Virus record (IMG/VR): IMGVR_UViG_3300002835_000001
Coordinates: 1 to 64,000 of that record
Strand: one strand, 5' to 3'
DNA: 64,000 bases
Origin: a virus
Taxonomy: Duplodnaviria; Caudoviricetes
Of this stretch, positions 37,393 to 47,331 are shown in pieces (position 1 is the first letter of the stretch; every line of letters begins with the position of its first letter). Under the pieces are notes generated by a model. The model was not told where the DNA came from. It saw only the letters and a list, made by a program, of their open reading frames with translations, and searched no databases. The translations under genes were made by a program, and so were the position numbers.

Positions 37393-38073
37393 CTATTTAT
37401 TAAACTTCTTAAAATTACTTTTAAACTTTGATTCATATTTTTTTAACTCCTTCGTATCTAGTCCATTGTATAAACCTGTGGACATAAATGCTTGGATTTC
37501 GTCATTGATTATTTTTTTATCGTTGACATATCCCATCTTGATTAGTTTCTTTTTCAACTTTTCGTGATGAATTGGTTTAATACCTTTGATTATTTTGGTA
37601 ACTTCTTTTTTATATTCCTTGTCGGTAAAATACAATCCGTGTGCAATTTCATGATCCATCGTCTTTAAATCTTTACTACTTGCACCAATCAGATACCAAT
37701 CGGTTCGTCTTCCATCATTCTTTTCCGTTGCATCATTTGTACAATACCAATAGATGTCGTTCATGATCGAATCGTACTCAGTGTCTTTACAAAACTGATG
37801 ATGAGCAGATTGTAAAATGTTACAGGGAATATTATAACCAGACCAATCTTCTGGATATGTAAATGTTTTCTTTTTCCAAGCATCTTTATAGAATCTCATA
37901 TACTCCATCCAAGTAAAATATTTATTCCTGAATATTTTATATGGTGATTCGTAGAATTCTTGGTATCGACAGAACAACATCGCTCTATCGTAATCATCAT
38001 CAACGGTTACACAATATATTCTTGGTTTTATTTCTTTTACTTTACCCTTTACTAGTGGGTGTTTGATTTCCAT
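37393..38073 (-). CDS. hypothetical protein with HExxH (possible zincin)
   Basis: DHEIAHG plus downstream DEIQAF. Confidence 0.5.
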   Translation of the reverse strand: MEIKHPLVKGKVKEIKPRIYCVTVDDDYDRAMLFCRYQEFYESPYKIFRNKYFTWMEYMRFYKDAWKKKTFTYPEDWSGYNIPCNILQSAHHQFCKDTEYDSIMNDIYWYCTNDATEKNDGRRTDWYLIGASSKDLKTMDHEIAHGLYFTDKEYKKEVTKIIKGIKPIHHEKLKKKLIKMGYVNDKKIINDEIQAFMSTGLYNGLDTKELKKYESKFKSNFKKFNK

Positions 38074-38278
38074 GTACTTTGTTTTTATTAAACCAAATTA
38101 TGTGTGTCACCAATATTGCAAAATTTACAAATATAGTTGGGTTGTTTGATATGAGATATCCATAGAATATCCACATAACACAAGCAATTGAATTCACCAA
38201 TCTTAATTTCCACATTGTTTTAAATGTCATAGACGATAAAACAACTAAGGATGCAATCCACCCTATTAAATCAATCAT
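38042..38278 (-). CDS. YgjV/PQ-loop-like small membrane protein
   Basis: IGWIAS..VLSS..KLRLVN.IAC.MWIFYG pattern. Confidence 0.7.
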   Translation of the reverse strand: MIDLIGWIASLVVLSSMTFKTMWKLRLVNSIACVMWIFYGYLISNNPTIFVNFAILVTHIIWFNKNKVHGNQTPTSKG

Positions 38279-38369
38279 TTCAATTTATTTATTTGTCTCA
38301 GTAAATCAACCATACCAAAAACTGATGTTGCAGCAAAAAATATAAACCCAAAAATAATTAATAAATTTA

Positions 38370-38573
38370 TCATCTAATGTATTTAAATTTATTTCCCAAA
38401 TTATTAATAAAGTTTTCTTCTTCGACAGATAATAAATCTCTACACTTTGCAAGATTTTCTAAGCTTTCCCAAAATATTTGGTCATTGACGTTTGGTCTAC
38501 GAACACCATTTTTATTACTTTTAGTGTTTTGGTCTGGTTGGATGTGTCCTTCCTCAATTGAAAATTCTGGCAT
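38370..38573 (-). CDS. hypothetical protein
   Basis: 67 aa ORF. Confidence 0.55.
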   Translation of the reverse strand: MPEFSIEEGHIQPDQNTKSNKNGVRRPNVNDQIFWESLENLAKCRDLLSVEEENFINNLGNKFKYIR

Positions 38574-38629
38574 AATATTACGTTTTATTGTTTAATAAAA
38601 TATATGAAATAAAATTGAAAATAAAAAAT

Positions 38630-38959
38630 TTAGAGAGCAAAACTTTCTCCACATCCACAAGTGCGGCTTGCCTGTGGGTTAATCCAATTAAAACCTTTTC
38701 CGTTTAATCCATCGGAATAGTCTAATTCGGTACCATATAGATATAGAACTGATTTTTTATCTATAATCACCTTCAACGCGTTTAAATCAACGACTTCATC
38801 CATGTCTGTGATTGTGTCATCAAAATCCATCGCATATGATAATCCACTACAACCACCTCCTTTAACGCCAACACGAAGATAATGAGTATCAGGATTTATC
38901 CCCTGATTCATCATTAATTCTATAACATGTTCAAGTGCTTTATCCGATACTGTAACCAT
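38630..38959 (-). CDS. iscA: Fe-S cluster assembly A-type carrier (IscA/HesB)
   Basis: LRVGVKGGGCSGLSY, LYGTELDY and NPQASRTCGCGESF motifs. Confidence 0.95.
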   Translation of the reverse strand: MVTVSDKALEHVIELMMNQGINPDTHYLRVGVKGGGCSGLSYAMDFDDTITDMDEVVDLNALKVIIDKKSVLYLYGTELDYSDGLNGKGFNWINPQASRTCGCGESFAL

Positions 38960-38960
38960 C

Positions 38961-39269
38961 TTAATTATATTTTAAACCAAAGAATTCGTAGTTCTTATGA
39001 ACATACTCTTCATCACCTGCTTTTATTGCTAAATCTTCGTCCTCATAAATAGCACTAACGGGACATTCAGGTACACATGCACCACAATTGATACATATAT
39101 CTGGATTTATGTAAAGTTGTCCACCAGGGAACGCATCTTTACCTTGTTTCCCAACTTCCGAACCTGAACCCTCTATATCAATTGGTCCGTGAATACAATC
39201 AACAGGACACACATTTGCACATGCAGTATCCATACAATCAACACAAGCCCTACCAATGATAAAACTCAT
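38961..39269 (-). CDS. 4Fe-4S dicluster ferredoxin (FdxA-like)
   Basis: CVDCMDTACANVCPVDC and CINCGACVPECPV motifs. Confidence 0.92.
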   Translation of the reverse strand: MSFIIGRACVDCMDTACANVCPVDCIHGPIDIEGSGSEVGKQGKDAFPGGQLYINPDICINCGACVPECPVSAIYEDEDLAIKAGDEEYVHKNYEFFGLKYN

Positions 39270-39736
39270 AACTTATTTTTTTGTTTGTTTTCTAAAATAA
39301 AATGTTTAACACTTTCTCTTTTTTCGTCATTAAAGATATCCTCGAATTTAATTTCTTGTAATCCTTGCTTCTTTCTATAGTCATTTATTGCGGATTTAAT
39401 AGCATCTTCAGCCAATACTGAACAATGTATCTTAACTGGAGGTAACGATAGTTCCTCCACTAAATCCATGTTATCAATCGTCAACGCATCATCGATACTC
39501 TTTCCTTTCAACCATTCAGTGGCTACTGAAGAAGAGGCGATTGCTGAACCACATCCGAAGGTTTTAAATTTTGCATCAACAATGATGTTGTCAATCACTT
39601 CTATTTGTAATCTCATGACATCACCACATTCAGGAGCACCAACCAATCCTGTTCCCACGCTTAACTTAGATTTATCCAAGGTTCCTACGTTTCTTGGATT
39701 ATTGAAATGGTCTATCACCTTATCTCCGTATGCCAT
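39266..39736 (-). CDS. iscU: Fe-S cluster scaffold IscU
   Basis: DHFNNPRNVG, GAPECGDVM, FKTFGCGSAIASSS and LPPVKIHCSVLAEDAI motifs. Confidence 0.95.
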   Translation of the reverse strand: MAYGDKVIDHFNNPRNVGTLDKSKLSVGTGLVGAPECGDVMRLQIEVIDNIIVDAKFKTFGCGSAIASSSVATEWLKGKSIDDALTIDNMDLVEELSLPPVKIHCSVLAEDAIKSAINDYRKKQGLQEIKFEDIFNDEKRESVKHFILENKQKNKL

Positions 39737-39759
39737 AGTATTTGTTTATATGATAAATA

Positions 39760-40005
39760 TCAGTTAATTAGTTCGTCCGTATTGATGTTATGGTTATCTA
39801 ATATTTCGTGTATCTTTTCATACACCAATTCCAAAGCATCGTATTTGTCAATTTCTTTACCCTCCATTGACCATTCTAAACCTTTTTTAGTGTTATGTAC
39901 AATGTCCCATAGAGCCATTGCCATATCTAAAGATTTAACCGCTCTTTTGTGCTCCATAACATCGTCTGGATCACTCAAATCATATTCTAACGTCGCTTTT
40001 GCCAT
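39760..40005 (-). CDS. hypothetical protein
   Basis: MAKATLEYDL.DPDD family-like start. Confidence 0.65.
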   Translation of the reverse strand: MAKATLEYDLSDPDDVMEHKRAVKSLDMAMALWDIVHNTKKGLEWSMEGKEIDKYDALELVYEKIHEILDNHNINTDELIN

Positions 40006-40145
40006 AAGTCTTTAAGTTTTTTAGTTGGTCTTTTAGTTCTATAATTACCATTTTCAGTTTCTTCTAGTAATGGTGCTCTCCAAATCTCGTAAGCTATCCA
40101 TAAACCTATTACAATCATTAATAACGCAACATACATCATATACAT
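39987..40145 (-). CDS. small membrane protein
   Basis: Probable start MYMMYVALL; one TM helix. Confidence 0.5.
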   Translation of the reverse strand: MYMMYVALLMIVIGLWIAYEIWRAPLLEETENGNYRTKRPTKKLKDLWQKRR

Positions 40146-40149
40146 GTTT

Positions 40150-40473
40150 TTAGTTTGTGAAATATTGTGTTTTCCAAAACTGCCACCACTTCTTTTTTTG
40201 AACTGGTTTACATTCCGAAAATGGATTATTCCCAAATGAAACCGAGTTTGAATATTTTGAAGTCAATACATTTAAAAATATCTCATGATATTTTTTTGGT
40301 ACTTCATCAAAATCTGCACTTATATTAACATTTAAATACTTTGGTCCATCCTCCGTATAAATTGTAAATTGTTCATTCAAACTGACAATGGTGCTGGCTT
40401 TTATGTTTAAGTATTTTGTTCCACCTAAATTTAGGTCACCACTAATATGATTTTTAAACTCTTCGTCTGACAT
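40150..40473 (-). CDS. hypothetical protein
   Basis: Ends KKKWWQFWK... Confidence 0.65.
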   Translation of the reverse strand: MSDEEFKNHISGDLNLGGTKYLNIKASTIVSLNEQFTIYTEDGPKYLNVNISADFDEVPKKYHEIFLNVLTSKYSNSVSFGNNPFSECKPVQKKKWWQFWKTQYFTN

Positions 40474-40475
40474 TT

Positions 40476-40739
40476 TTACTCTGTTTGTGTTATTAATATT
40501 AATTCAAATTCATCTGCTTCTTTTTTGTTTTGTTCTTTGAAGATTTCAAGAGCAATTTCATAGCGACTAACCTCAGTAAATTTAATAAATAATTCATCTC
40601 GTAAACTATCAATTTGTGCCGATGACGATATTTTAAGTTCTTGATACACCCTATCCTTTTCAAAGTATAAAAATGTCATCATAATTAACCCTAATAGTGT
40701 CATTACTAATCCCGCTCTGAATTTAGTTTCACTTGTCAT
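40476..40739 (-). CDS. membrane-anchored hypothetical protein
   Basis: N-terminal TM helix, then IDSLRDEL coiled coil. Confidence 0.6.
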   Translation of the reverse strand: MTSETKFRAGLVMTLLGLIMMTFLYFEKDRVYQELKISSSAQIDSLRDELFIKFTEVSRYEIALEIFKEQNKKEADEFELILITQTE

Positions 40740-41038
40740 TAATCTAAGTTTTTAATATCAAATAATGTTTTTTCCACATCTTCTTTCGATAGATAACCAA
40801 GTACATCATTAGTAATTGATGTGTTGTAAGTTATTTGACCATCCTTCCCAAATACAGCCAATTCATATAAACCATCTTTTCCACCATACGTGTATTGGCT
40901 TCGAGCAATGCTAGCTCCGTAACCATTTGGAAATTGTACTATACATTGTTCCCCCATTCCCATTGGGTGTGGTTGAAAGTTGAGTTCTTTGAACACTATC
41001 GTGTCGAAATTGTTTGTTGGTCTTTCTGTTGTTTTCAT
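40739..41038 (-). CDS. hypothetical protein
   Basis: FPNGYGAS and GGKDGLYELAV motifs. Confidence 0.7.
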   Translation of the reverse strand: MKTTERPTNNFDTIVFKELNFQPHPMGMGEQCIVQFPNGYGASIARSQYTYGGKDGLYELAVFGKDGQITYNTSITNDVLGYLSKEDVEKTLFDIKNLD

Positions 41039-41083
41039 CTTTTAATTTTTTTACGAATGCTCGTGTTAAATAAAAATTCATAG

Positions 41084-41248
41084 TTAAAATATTTCTTCAG
41101 CAATACCTAAGACCTCTGCCAGTCCAAACAATACTGCTGCAATTTTTACGTCACCTTGAAATAGGAAAAAACAAGCACCAAACCTGATACCCGATTTTAC
41201 AATGCTAATCCAAAAATGACTATTTGATTTTGATTCTTTCTCTTGCAT
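41084..41248 (-). CDS. small membrane protein (54 aa)
   Basis: Hand translation; ends LAEVLGIAEEIF; upstream TTTG-N19-TATATTTG (41270-41300). Confidence 0.6.
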   Translation of the reverse strand: MQEKESKSNSHFWISIVKSGIRFGACFFLFQGDVKIAAVLFGLAEVLGIAEEIF

Positions 41249-41333
41249 GTTTTTCTATGTTTTATAAAACAAATATATACAATCAAATTAATACCACAAA
41301 ATTTAAATGAAAATATTTTTTAACTATTGATTA

Positions 41334-42728
41334 TCAATAACTTAAGAAGTCGTATTTCTCTTTTTTCCACTCTATGTTGTGATATTTTTTCATTCTTTGT
41401 GTTAATATATCAATTACTTCATTATATGAATCGGAAACTTTTGTATTTGCCTTACCATATGATTGTATTAGATTACCTTTTCTATATTGTAGGTTAATCC
41501 TTTTTCTTCCATGATGTAAAGATATAAAAATATAGATAGATCCGTGAGGAAATTGTTTAGCCATACAATTCTTCATAGTAAACCCCTCAACCCTATAATC
41601 TTCTTCTGTCAACAATACGTTTGGTTTATAAATTTCACCATTAAGGACAATATCTGTCTCTACATCATTAACAATATCTGTCGGTATTGAGTACCTAACT
41701 CTATATCCTCTGGAGAAGTGTAATTTGTATCCTAACCAAGTCTCCATATGGTTTTCAAATTCATTATCATTCTTTGCCTTAAACTTTAAATCTATTTTTT
41801 TAGCTTCCAATAAATCTCGTATTGAAAATAACTTGTTTAACGAATAAATAAGTGTGTCCGATCTTAACGTTTCGGTTTCCCAATTATTGATAGCCTTTAC
41901 CATACAATCCTTCTCAGATTCATTTTTAAGTTGGTGTGTCTTTTTGTTTGGTGGTAAATCAAAACAATGATTTTCCCACACTATTTTTTTAATGTAGTCA
42001 ATGTAATTTTCACCGAATAACTTACAAATGTAATTTAAAGAACTAATGTGTATTGGTTTACCTTCGTATTTGTTTAATTCACCAATTAAGTATCTGGATT
42101 TTATTCCATACGAATCTAGGACAGCAGGTAGGAACTTATAATCGTTCTTTACTAACCATTTCTTTTTGGGGTAATCATTTTGTATATCGTAATATATTCC
42201 ATCATGAGATTTAATATTCTTACAATCCAAATGAAAATCAACCAACATATCGTACATTCGATTAAGTGATGGTTTATCGTACTCTTTATCTTTTAAAAAT
42301 AATGATGTGAATTTAGGTCTCAATACATTCATCATCATTTCACATATTGTATCTTGAGCTCTGTGATATTTTACTCCCCAGTATCCAATTCTTTTTTCAC
42401 CTCTAATAAATCCATTATCGGTTAACTCAAACAATAAATTAAAATCATTCTTTTTAGTTTTTGTTTTGTTGTTATATGATTTCTCGTTGGTTAAATTATC
42501 GTTGATGATTTTATATGTAACAATAACGTCTCCCGTAATCGTACTAAAGGATAGGTTATGGTAAAATTGAACTTTTTTTTTGTTACCATATCTTTGGTAT
42601 TCGAAATCAAACAATGAATCGTATATGATTGTGGTACCATCATAGAACAACTTTAAATCACAGGTAGATTTTGAATTGTACTTATCTTTCTTCTCTTGGT
42701 TGTATTTAAATAATAAATCCATATACAA
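41334..42728 (-). CDS. PcfJ-domain protein
   Basis: C-terminal EEDYRVEGFTMKNCMA...IFISL...QSYGKAN. Confidence 0.75.
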   Translation of the reverse strand: MYMDLLFKYNQEKKDKYNSKSTCDLKLFYDGTTIIYDSLFDFEYQRYGNKKKVQFYHNLSFSTITGDVIVTYKIINDNLTNEKSYNNKTKTKKNDFNLLFELTDNGFIRGEKRIGYWGVKYHRAQDTICEMMMNVLRPKFTSLFLKDKEYDKPSLNRMYDMLVDFHLDCKNIKSHDGIYYDIQNDYPKKKWLVKNDYKFLPAVLDSYGIKSRYLIGELNKYEGKPIHISSLNYICKLFGENYIDYIKKIVWENHCFDLPPNKKTHQLKNESEKDCMVKAINNWETETLRSDTLIYSLNKLFSIRDLLEAKKIDLKFKAKNDNEFENHMETWLGYKLHFSRGYRVRYSIPTDIVNDVETDIVLNGEIYKPNVLLTEEDYRVEGFTMKNCMAKQFPHGSIYIFISLHHGRKRINLQYRKGNLIQSYGKANTKVSDSYNEVIDILTQRMKKYHNIEWKKEKYDFLSY

Positions 42729-42758
42729 AATATATATGGATTTATTGACATTGTGTAG

Positions 42759-44663
42759 TTAAAATTGGGGTTCAAATAGTCTATCGAATGTACTTTGTGC
42801 TATTGGTTCTTTCTTTTCTGGGATTACCTCAATTCCATTAATTTTAACCGGTACCTTTTTACTTTCAATACAATGTAAAATTCCCATTCTCGCGTAGGTT
42901 GTTGCTTTCCTTTTCAATTGTTCAATAGCTAAAGCAATATCTGCGGGTGGTTGTGCATTACAGAAGTGTCTTGCCTGAATCATATTACCGGTTTGACAAT
43001 CAAACTCACAGGTTACTCTATCTTTACCATCGTCAGTTCTTACTGAAATAATAATTGACCTGTCTTTATCAGAATATGATGCCACACAATGATGCATGAA
43101 TCTACCCTCTTCATCGTATTCCTCTTCTCTTTTTAAAATGTGAGGATAATATTCGGGTGTAACCCACTCTGGTTTTGATTCATCATCACTTAAATTAATC
43201 TTAACTTTAATTGGTGATTCAACATCCTCAACCATTTTATCTGCAAATCGATATTCAATAACATAACCCTTTTTAATGAACTTCATCATTTTAGATAATT
43301 CAACATGTTCCTTATCAAAGTCATCAATGTTCTTAGCCCTTAGTTGTAAATCGGGAATGAATTCACGTAACTTTTTAATCATATTAAAATGGTCATGTAA
43401 ATCACCAACAAACCTCGGGTTAATTAATGTTTCTTTTTCATGAGTTAATATTATTCTTTGGTAACCTTTAACTTCACAATTTAAATTGTTAAGAATTTTA
43501 ACAATATTTTCTTTTTCGTTATTACTGATTTGAAACTCGTGGTTTTTAAATTCTTTAGCGAACTTAAATTTAGGATGTCCACCATCTGAATAACTACTTT
43601 CGTTTGATGTATTCAAAAAATGTCTCGTTTCAATGCTGCCAATGTATTTTGAGAAGTTATCACCAAAAAAATAACATAGACGAGCCAACGAATTAATATC
43701 CATTTTACTATTCTCGTGCATTAATTTAATTGTAATTTTAGATTTGATTTCAAATAGATCTAAAATTGATGCGATGAGTTTCCTATCGTTTTTCTTTAGG
43801 AATTTTTCAGTTGGGTAGTATTTCTTAATCCAATATTCGTAGTTGTTTGATACTTTAATTTTTTTCAATTCGACAAAACGTTCTAACATTAATTGACAGA
43901 ACCACGTACCATTAAAACTAAAATTTTGATTAAGATTGAATATTTTATCTATCTCATAAATAAAATCGGTATTATTAAATGTTTCATTATATTCTTTCAG
44001 AAGAACTGAGTCATCATCTAAACATTTTCTCATGTTTAAAATTCCACCATCTTTGAATTGCATATCCAAAAAATTGAAATTGTTAGTTCTAAATGTTTTG
44101 CTTGTTTTCTTACCACTTTTATTCATGCTAAGTGTGGTAAAATTACCTGTTTTAAGGTTGAAGGTTGCCGATTCAACACTTAATGATTTTCTGAAATAGA
44201 TGTTATTAAAATCTCTATGACTATGATTACGATAAACTTTTATTGTTATCTTATCTCCATGTTTTCTAATTGAACGTTCAATTGTGGTTACCGATATCTC
44301 ACTAAACGCATTACCATAGTGTCGTTTAATGTGTCTATCGTCTCTTGTTTGGAAGTTTCTAATTGCGTAGTTTATGGTTGTTGTTTCATTTGAACCTGTC
44401 TCACCATAAAAAAACTTAGTCTTTCTTTTACCCACTTTTTCGGGAAAGTCGACCATTCTACCAACTGAGGGGTCTCTTAAATTATTAATGAGAAGTTTGA
44501 TACCTGTTTTATTTTTTTGAAACATCTCCTCATCGTTATCGAAAGGTTGTTCCCAAATAGTGGACTTGGAGTTTATTAACTCTTTCCTATCAATTAATTT
44601 AGAATAATCCTTAAATACGGTGATGGTTGCGTAATTGAACCTTTGAGTGATAATGTCTTCCAT
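42759..44663 (-). CDS. PcfJ-domain protein (paralog)
   Basis: C-terminal EEGRFMHHCVASY..IISVR..RVTCE..QARHFCN. Confidence 0.85.
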   Translation of the reverse strand: MEDIITQRFNYATITVFKDYSKLIDRKELINSKSTIWEQPFDNDEEMFQKNKTGIKLLINNLRDPSVGRMVDFPEKVGKRKTKFFYGETGSNETTTINYAIRNFQTRDDRHIKRHYGNAFSEISVTTIERSIRKHGDKITIKVYRNHSHRDFNNIYFRKSLSVESATFNLKTGNFTTLSMNKSGKKTSKTFRTNNFNFLDMQFKDGGILNMRKCLDDDSVLLKEYNETFNNTDFIYEIDKIFNLNQNFSFNGTWFCQLMLERFVELKKIKVSNNYEYWIKKYYPTEKFLKKNDRKLIASILDLFEIKSKITIKLMHENSKMDINSLARLCYFFGDNFSKYIGSIETRHFLNTSNESSYSDGGHPKFKFAKEFKNHEFQISNNEKENIVKILNNLNCEVKGYQRIILTHEKETLINPRFVGDLHDHFNMIKKLREFIPDLQLRAKNIDDFDKEHVELSKMMKFIKKGYVIEYRFADKMVEDVESPIKVKINLSDDESKPEWVTPEYYPHILKREEEYDEEGRFMHHCVASYSDKDRSIIISVRTDDGKDRVTCEFDCQTGNMIQARHFCNAQPPADIALAIEQLKRKATTYARMGILHCIESKKVPVKINGIEVIPEKKEPIAQSTFDRLFEPQF

Positions 44664-44732
44664 TGGATTAAATTAATTTCAACAAATTTATGAAAAAAAA
44701 TAATAAAATACTTATATAAAAACGTAAATATT

Positions 44733-44867
44733 ATGGCAAAAGCTAAGGGTAAAGGTGGTGCATCTTCAATGAAGGTCACCTTCGGTAAAAGAAAAAATGG
44801 AAAAGCCCAAAAATCTTGGGGTCCAAAAGCTCAAAAACCGAAGAAATATAGAGGTCAAGGTCGTTAG
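44733..44867 (+). CDS. small highly basic protein (44 aa, ends KKYRGQGR)
   Basis: Hand translation MAKAKGKGGASSMKVTFGKRKNGKAQKSWGPKAQKPKKYRGQGR. Confidence 0.65.
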   Translation: MAKAKGKGGASSMKVTFGKRKNGKAQKSWGPKAQKPKKYRGQGR

Positions 44868-45349
44868 TTAAAACGTCCAGCACCCTTATATGAACGAAGG
44901 TAACGGGGTTCGGATAAGCTACTTATCTTGACCCCTTCTTTTATATTTGCAGCATGTGAAAACATATCTTTTCCTAAATAAAGACCGCAATGCCACCCAC
45001 TTGGGCTATCTTTACTCATAAAAAATACAATATCCCCAACCATTAAACTATCCTTTTTGATTCTTGTGGTTTGTTTCCATTGTTCTGCACAATTGTTCCC
45101 TAATTTCTTTCCATAGACCTCCCAATATAGTTTTTTGGTATATTGTGAACAATCTATACCGTTTTTGGTTGATCCTCCGAATTTATATCTAATCCCGTAC
45201 CATTCCATGACAAATGATTCCAATCGTTTTAGTTTTAAATTAGTGGTGTCGTTCTTTAAATGAGTCACATAATCTGAAAATTGATTTTGTGCCATAGAAT
45301 TAATATTCAATGTGAACATTAATATTACTAAAATTTTAATTTCTTTCAT
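44864..45349 (-). CDS. NlpC/P60 family peptidase, secreted
   Basis: WYGIRYKFGGS..GIDCS, GDIVFF and HCGLYLG..FSHA motifs; signal peptide ending MA|Q. Confidence 0.9.
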   Translation of the reverse strand: MKEIKILVILMFTLNINSMAQNQFSDYVTHLKNDTTNLKLKRLESFVMEWYGIRYKFGGSTKNGIDCSQYTKKLYWEVYGKKLGNNCAEQWKQTTRIKKDSLMVGDIVFFMSKDSPSGWHCGLYLGKDMFSHAANIKEGVKISSLSEPRYLRSYKGAGRFN

Positions 45350-45584
45350 TTTTTATTATATTAATTGTTATTCCCGCAGACCCTGCACTCACATTGTAAG
45401 TATTCTGTCGGTTATCATTAATCCACCCATACTTCTTAAATCTGAATATTATTACCAATTTACCTTCAAAAACGGCATAAATTGCATTATCGGCATAATC
45501 AATCGATGGGTGTATAATATGTCCTAATTTCCATGACTCTCTAAATTCTTCTTCTAATTCGTCTGGTGTAATGTGGATAAACAT
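45336..45584 (-). CDS. hypothetical protein
   Basis: 82 aa ORF. Confidence 0.6.
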   Translation of the reverse strand: MFIHITPDELEEEFRESWKLGHIIHPSIDYADNAIYAVFEGKLVIIFRFKKYGWINDNRQNTYNVSAGSAGITINIIKNERN

Positions 45585-45585
45585 G

Positions 45586-46770
45586 TTAATTACTTAATGG
45601 GGCTTTTATTGATGGGTGTGATTCGTACCCCTCAATTATGAATTGATATGGTTGTGATTCTTTTATGTGGTCTTCAAAGGTATCCCTATGATGTTCAAAA
45701 TGTGCCAATTGTATTGGACTAAACTTTAGCACTGGCAAGTTCTTATATGGTTCTCTACCAATTTGTTCTTTAGCTTGTTCAATGTGGTTAGAATACAAAT
45801 GAACATCTCCTAAGTTACCTATTAGGTCTTCTGGTATCATATTAACTTCATTTGCAAGAATCTCTAATAACAAACCATATGATGCAATATTGAATGGTAA
45901 ACCTAAGAATGTATCGACTGAACGTTGGTTCCACATTAATGATATTGCTCGTTTAGGTATCCTATAAGATTCCAATTCCTCACTTAACCCGCCACCAAAC
46001 GGAACAATGTCATCTATCATTGATTGGAACTTCTCTTCTCCCACTTTTTTCTTTAATAAATCCCACATCTCTTCTCCAGTTAATTTTCTAGTGTAGAGTT
46101 GAAATCCGTAATGACAAGGTGGAAGAACCATATGTTCTAACTCACCGACATTCCAAGCTGATACCATCAATCTTCTACTATCGGGATTTGTTTTTAGTTC
46201 ATCAATTAAGTTTTGTATTTGGTCAATGCCTTCTTTCCATATTGAAGGGCCATCTAACCCTAACGGAGTAGTGTACTCACCTTCTCTCCACCTTCTCCAT
46301 TGTTTACCATAGATTGGACCTAACTCACCAAACTCTTTTGCAAACTCATTATCTATTTTAATTAGATTAATAAATTCCTCTTGTGTTAAAGGTATTAACA
46401 AATCCGAGTTACTGAATAGTTTTTCAATGTGGTCTTGCATTCCCATAATATCACCACATTTGTATCCATCAATAATTTCATTCACTTCTTTGGTATAATT
46501 CTTATAAGCATCCCCATTCCAAATGTTACAACCATTATCAACAAGATATTTGATGTTGGTGTCACCTTTTAAAAACCATAGTAATTCGGTTACCATTGTC
46601 TTCCATGCCATCTTCTTTGTGGTAAGTAATGGAAACCCTTGTGACATCTTGTGTTTAATTTGTCTACCAAATACTGAAATAGTTCCAGTACCTGTTCTGT
46701 CCGTTTTTACGACTCCATTATCTAAAATATCTTCTAATAAATCTTGATATCTTTTATCTAATCTATTCAT
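45586..46770 (-). CDS. thyA: thymidylate synthase
   Basis: DRTGTGT, FPLLTTKK, ELLWFL.G, GPIYGKQW, SRRLMVSAWN, LPPCH, QRSVD..LGLPFNIASY and HLYSNH motifs. Confidence 0.97.
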   Translation of the reverse strand: MNRLDKRYQDLLEDILDNGVVKTDRTGTGTISVFGRQIKHKMSQGFPLLTTKKMAWKTMVTELLWFLKGDTNIKYLVDNGCNIWNGDAYKNYTKEVNEIIDGYKCGDIMGMQDHIEKLFSNSDLLIPLTQEEFINLIKIDNEFAKEFGELGPIYGKQWRRWREGEYTTPLGLDGPSIWKEGIDQIQNLIDELKTNPDSRRLMVSAWNVGELEHMVLPPCHYGFQLYTRKLTGEEMWDLLKKKVGEEKFQSMIDDIVPFGGGLSEELESYRIPKRAISLMWNQRSVDTFLGLPFNIASYGLLLEILANEVNMIPEDLIGNLGDVHLYSNHIEQAKEQIGREPYKNLPVLKFSPIQLAHFEHHRDTFEDHIKESQPYQFIIEGYESHPSIKAPLSN

Positions 46771-46772
46771 GT

Positions 46773-47141
46773 TTACCATTTTGGTGATTCTAACCTTTTT
46801 ATGTTATCTTGTTCGTCTTGTCTGCTGAAATTTTCTTTATGAGCTAAAATTCTGTGAAACTCTCTATATGATTGTGGTTGGTAATTTTTTAAATGGTCAA
46901 GCCCATATTCATACTCAAATAAAATTTCAGAATATCTTTTTTCTTTAGAATCAAATCCATCTGATTGCATTTTCAAATCCATTTGTAATTCATTAATTAC
47001 GTTTTGTAATGAATCTTCCTTACAGATTGTAGTTGTCACAACGGGTGTGGGTTTATCATTAAAATACATTAATGAAACACATACCCCAAATAAGGAAACA
47101 ATTGCCCCGAATGTTAATACACTAGTATCTCTATTTTCCAT
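46773..47141 (-). CDS. membrane-anchored coiled-coil protein
   Basis: N-terminal TM helix, EDSLQNVINEL. Confidence 0.6.
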   Translation of the reverse strand: MENRDTSVLTFGAIVSLFGVCVSLMYFNDKPTPVVTTTICKEDSLQNVINELQMDLKMQSDGFDSKEKRYSEILFEYEYGLDHLKNYQPQSYREFHRILAHKENFSRQDEQDNIKRLESPKW

Positions 47142-47331
47142 GTTTATATAATTCTTGTATTTGAATGCCCATCATATATGTTAACCATCTAACTGTTAAT
47201 CCCCAAGAAGGTGTGTAGACACCAGTTTCAAGGAACTCGGTTTTATTATAAAAAAAAACAATTGTTGGTATTAAAAACCAATGGTGTCTCTTCTTATAGA
47301 TAAAAAAATCTTTACAATATTTCTTTTTCAT
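47131..47331 (-). CDS. hypothetical protein
   Basis: Probable start MKKKYCKDFF. Confidence 0.5.
   Translation of the reverse strand: MKKKYCKDFFIYKKRHHWFLIPTIVFFYNKTEFLETGVYTPSWGLTVRWLTYMMGIQIQELYKHGK

Noticed and set aside
45586-46770. ThyA homolog as a dCMP hydroxymethylase / DNA hypermodification enzyme
   Set aside because: It retains PPCH and the dUMP-specifying Asn in LPFNIASY; the extra length comes from loop insertions, with no intein or intron features seen.
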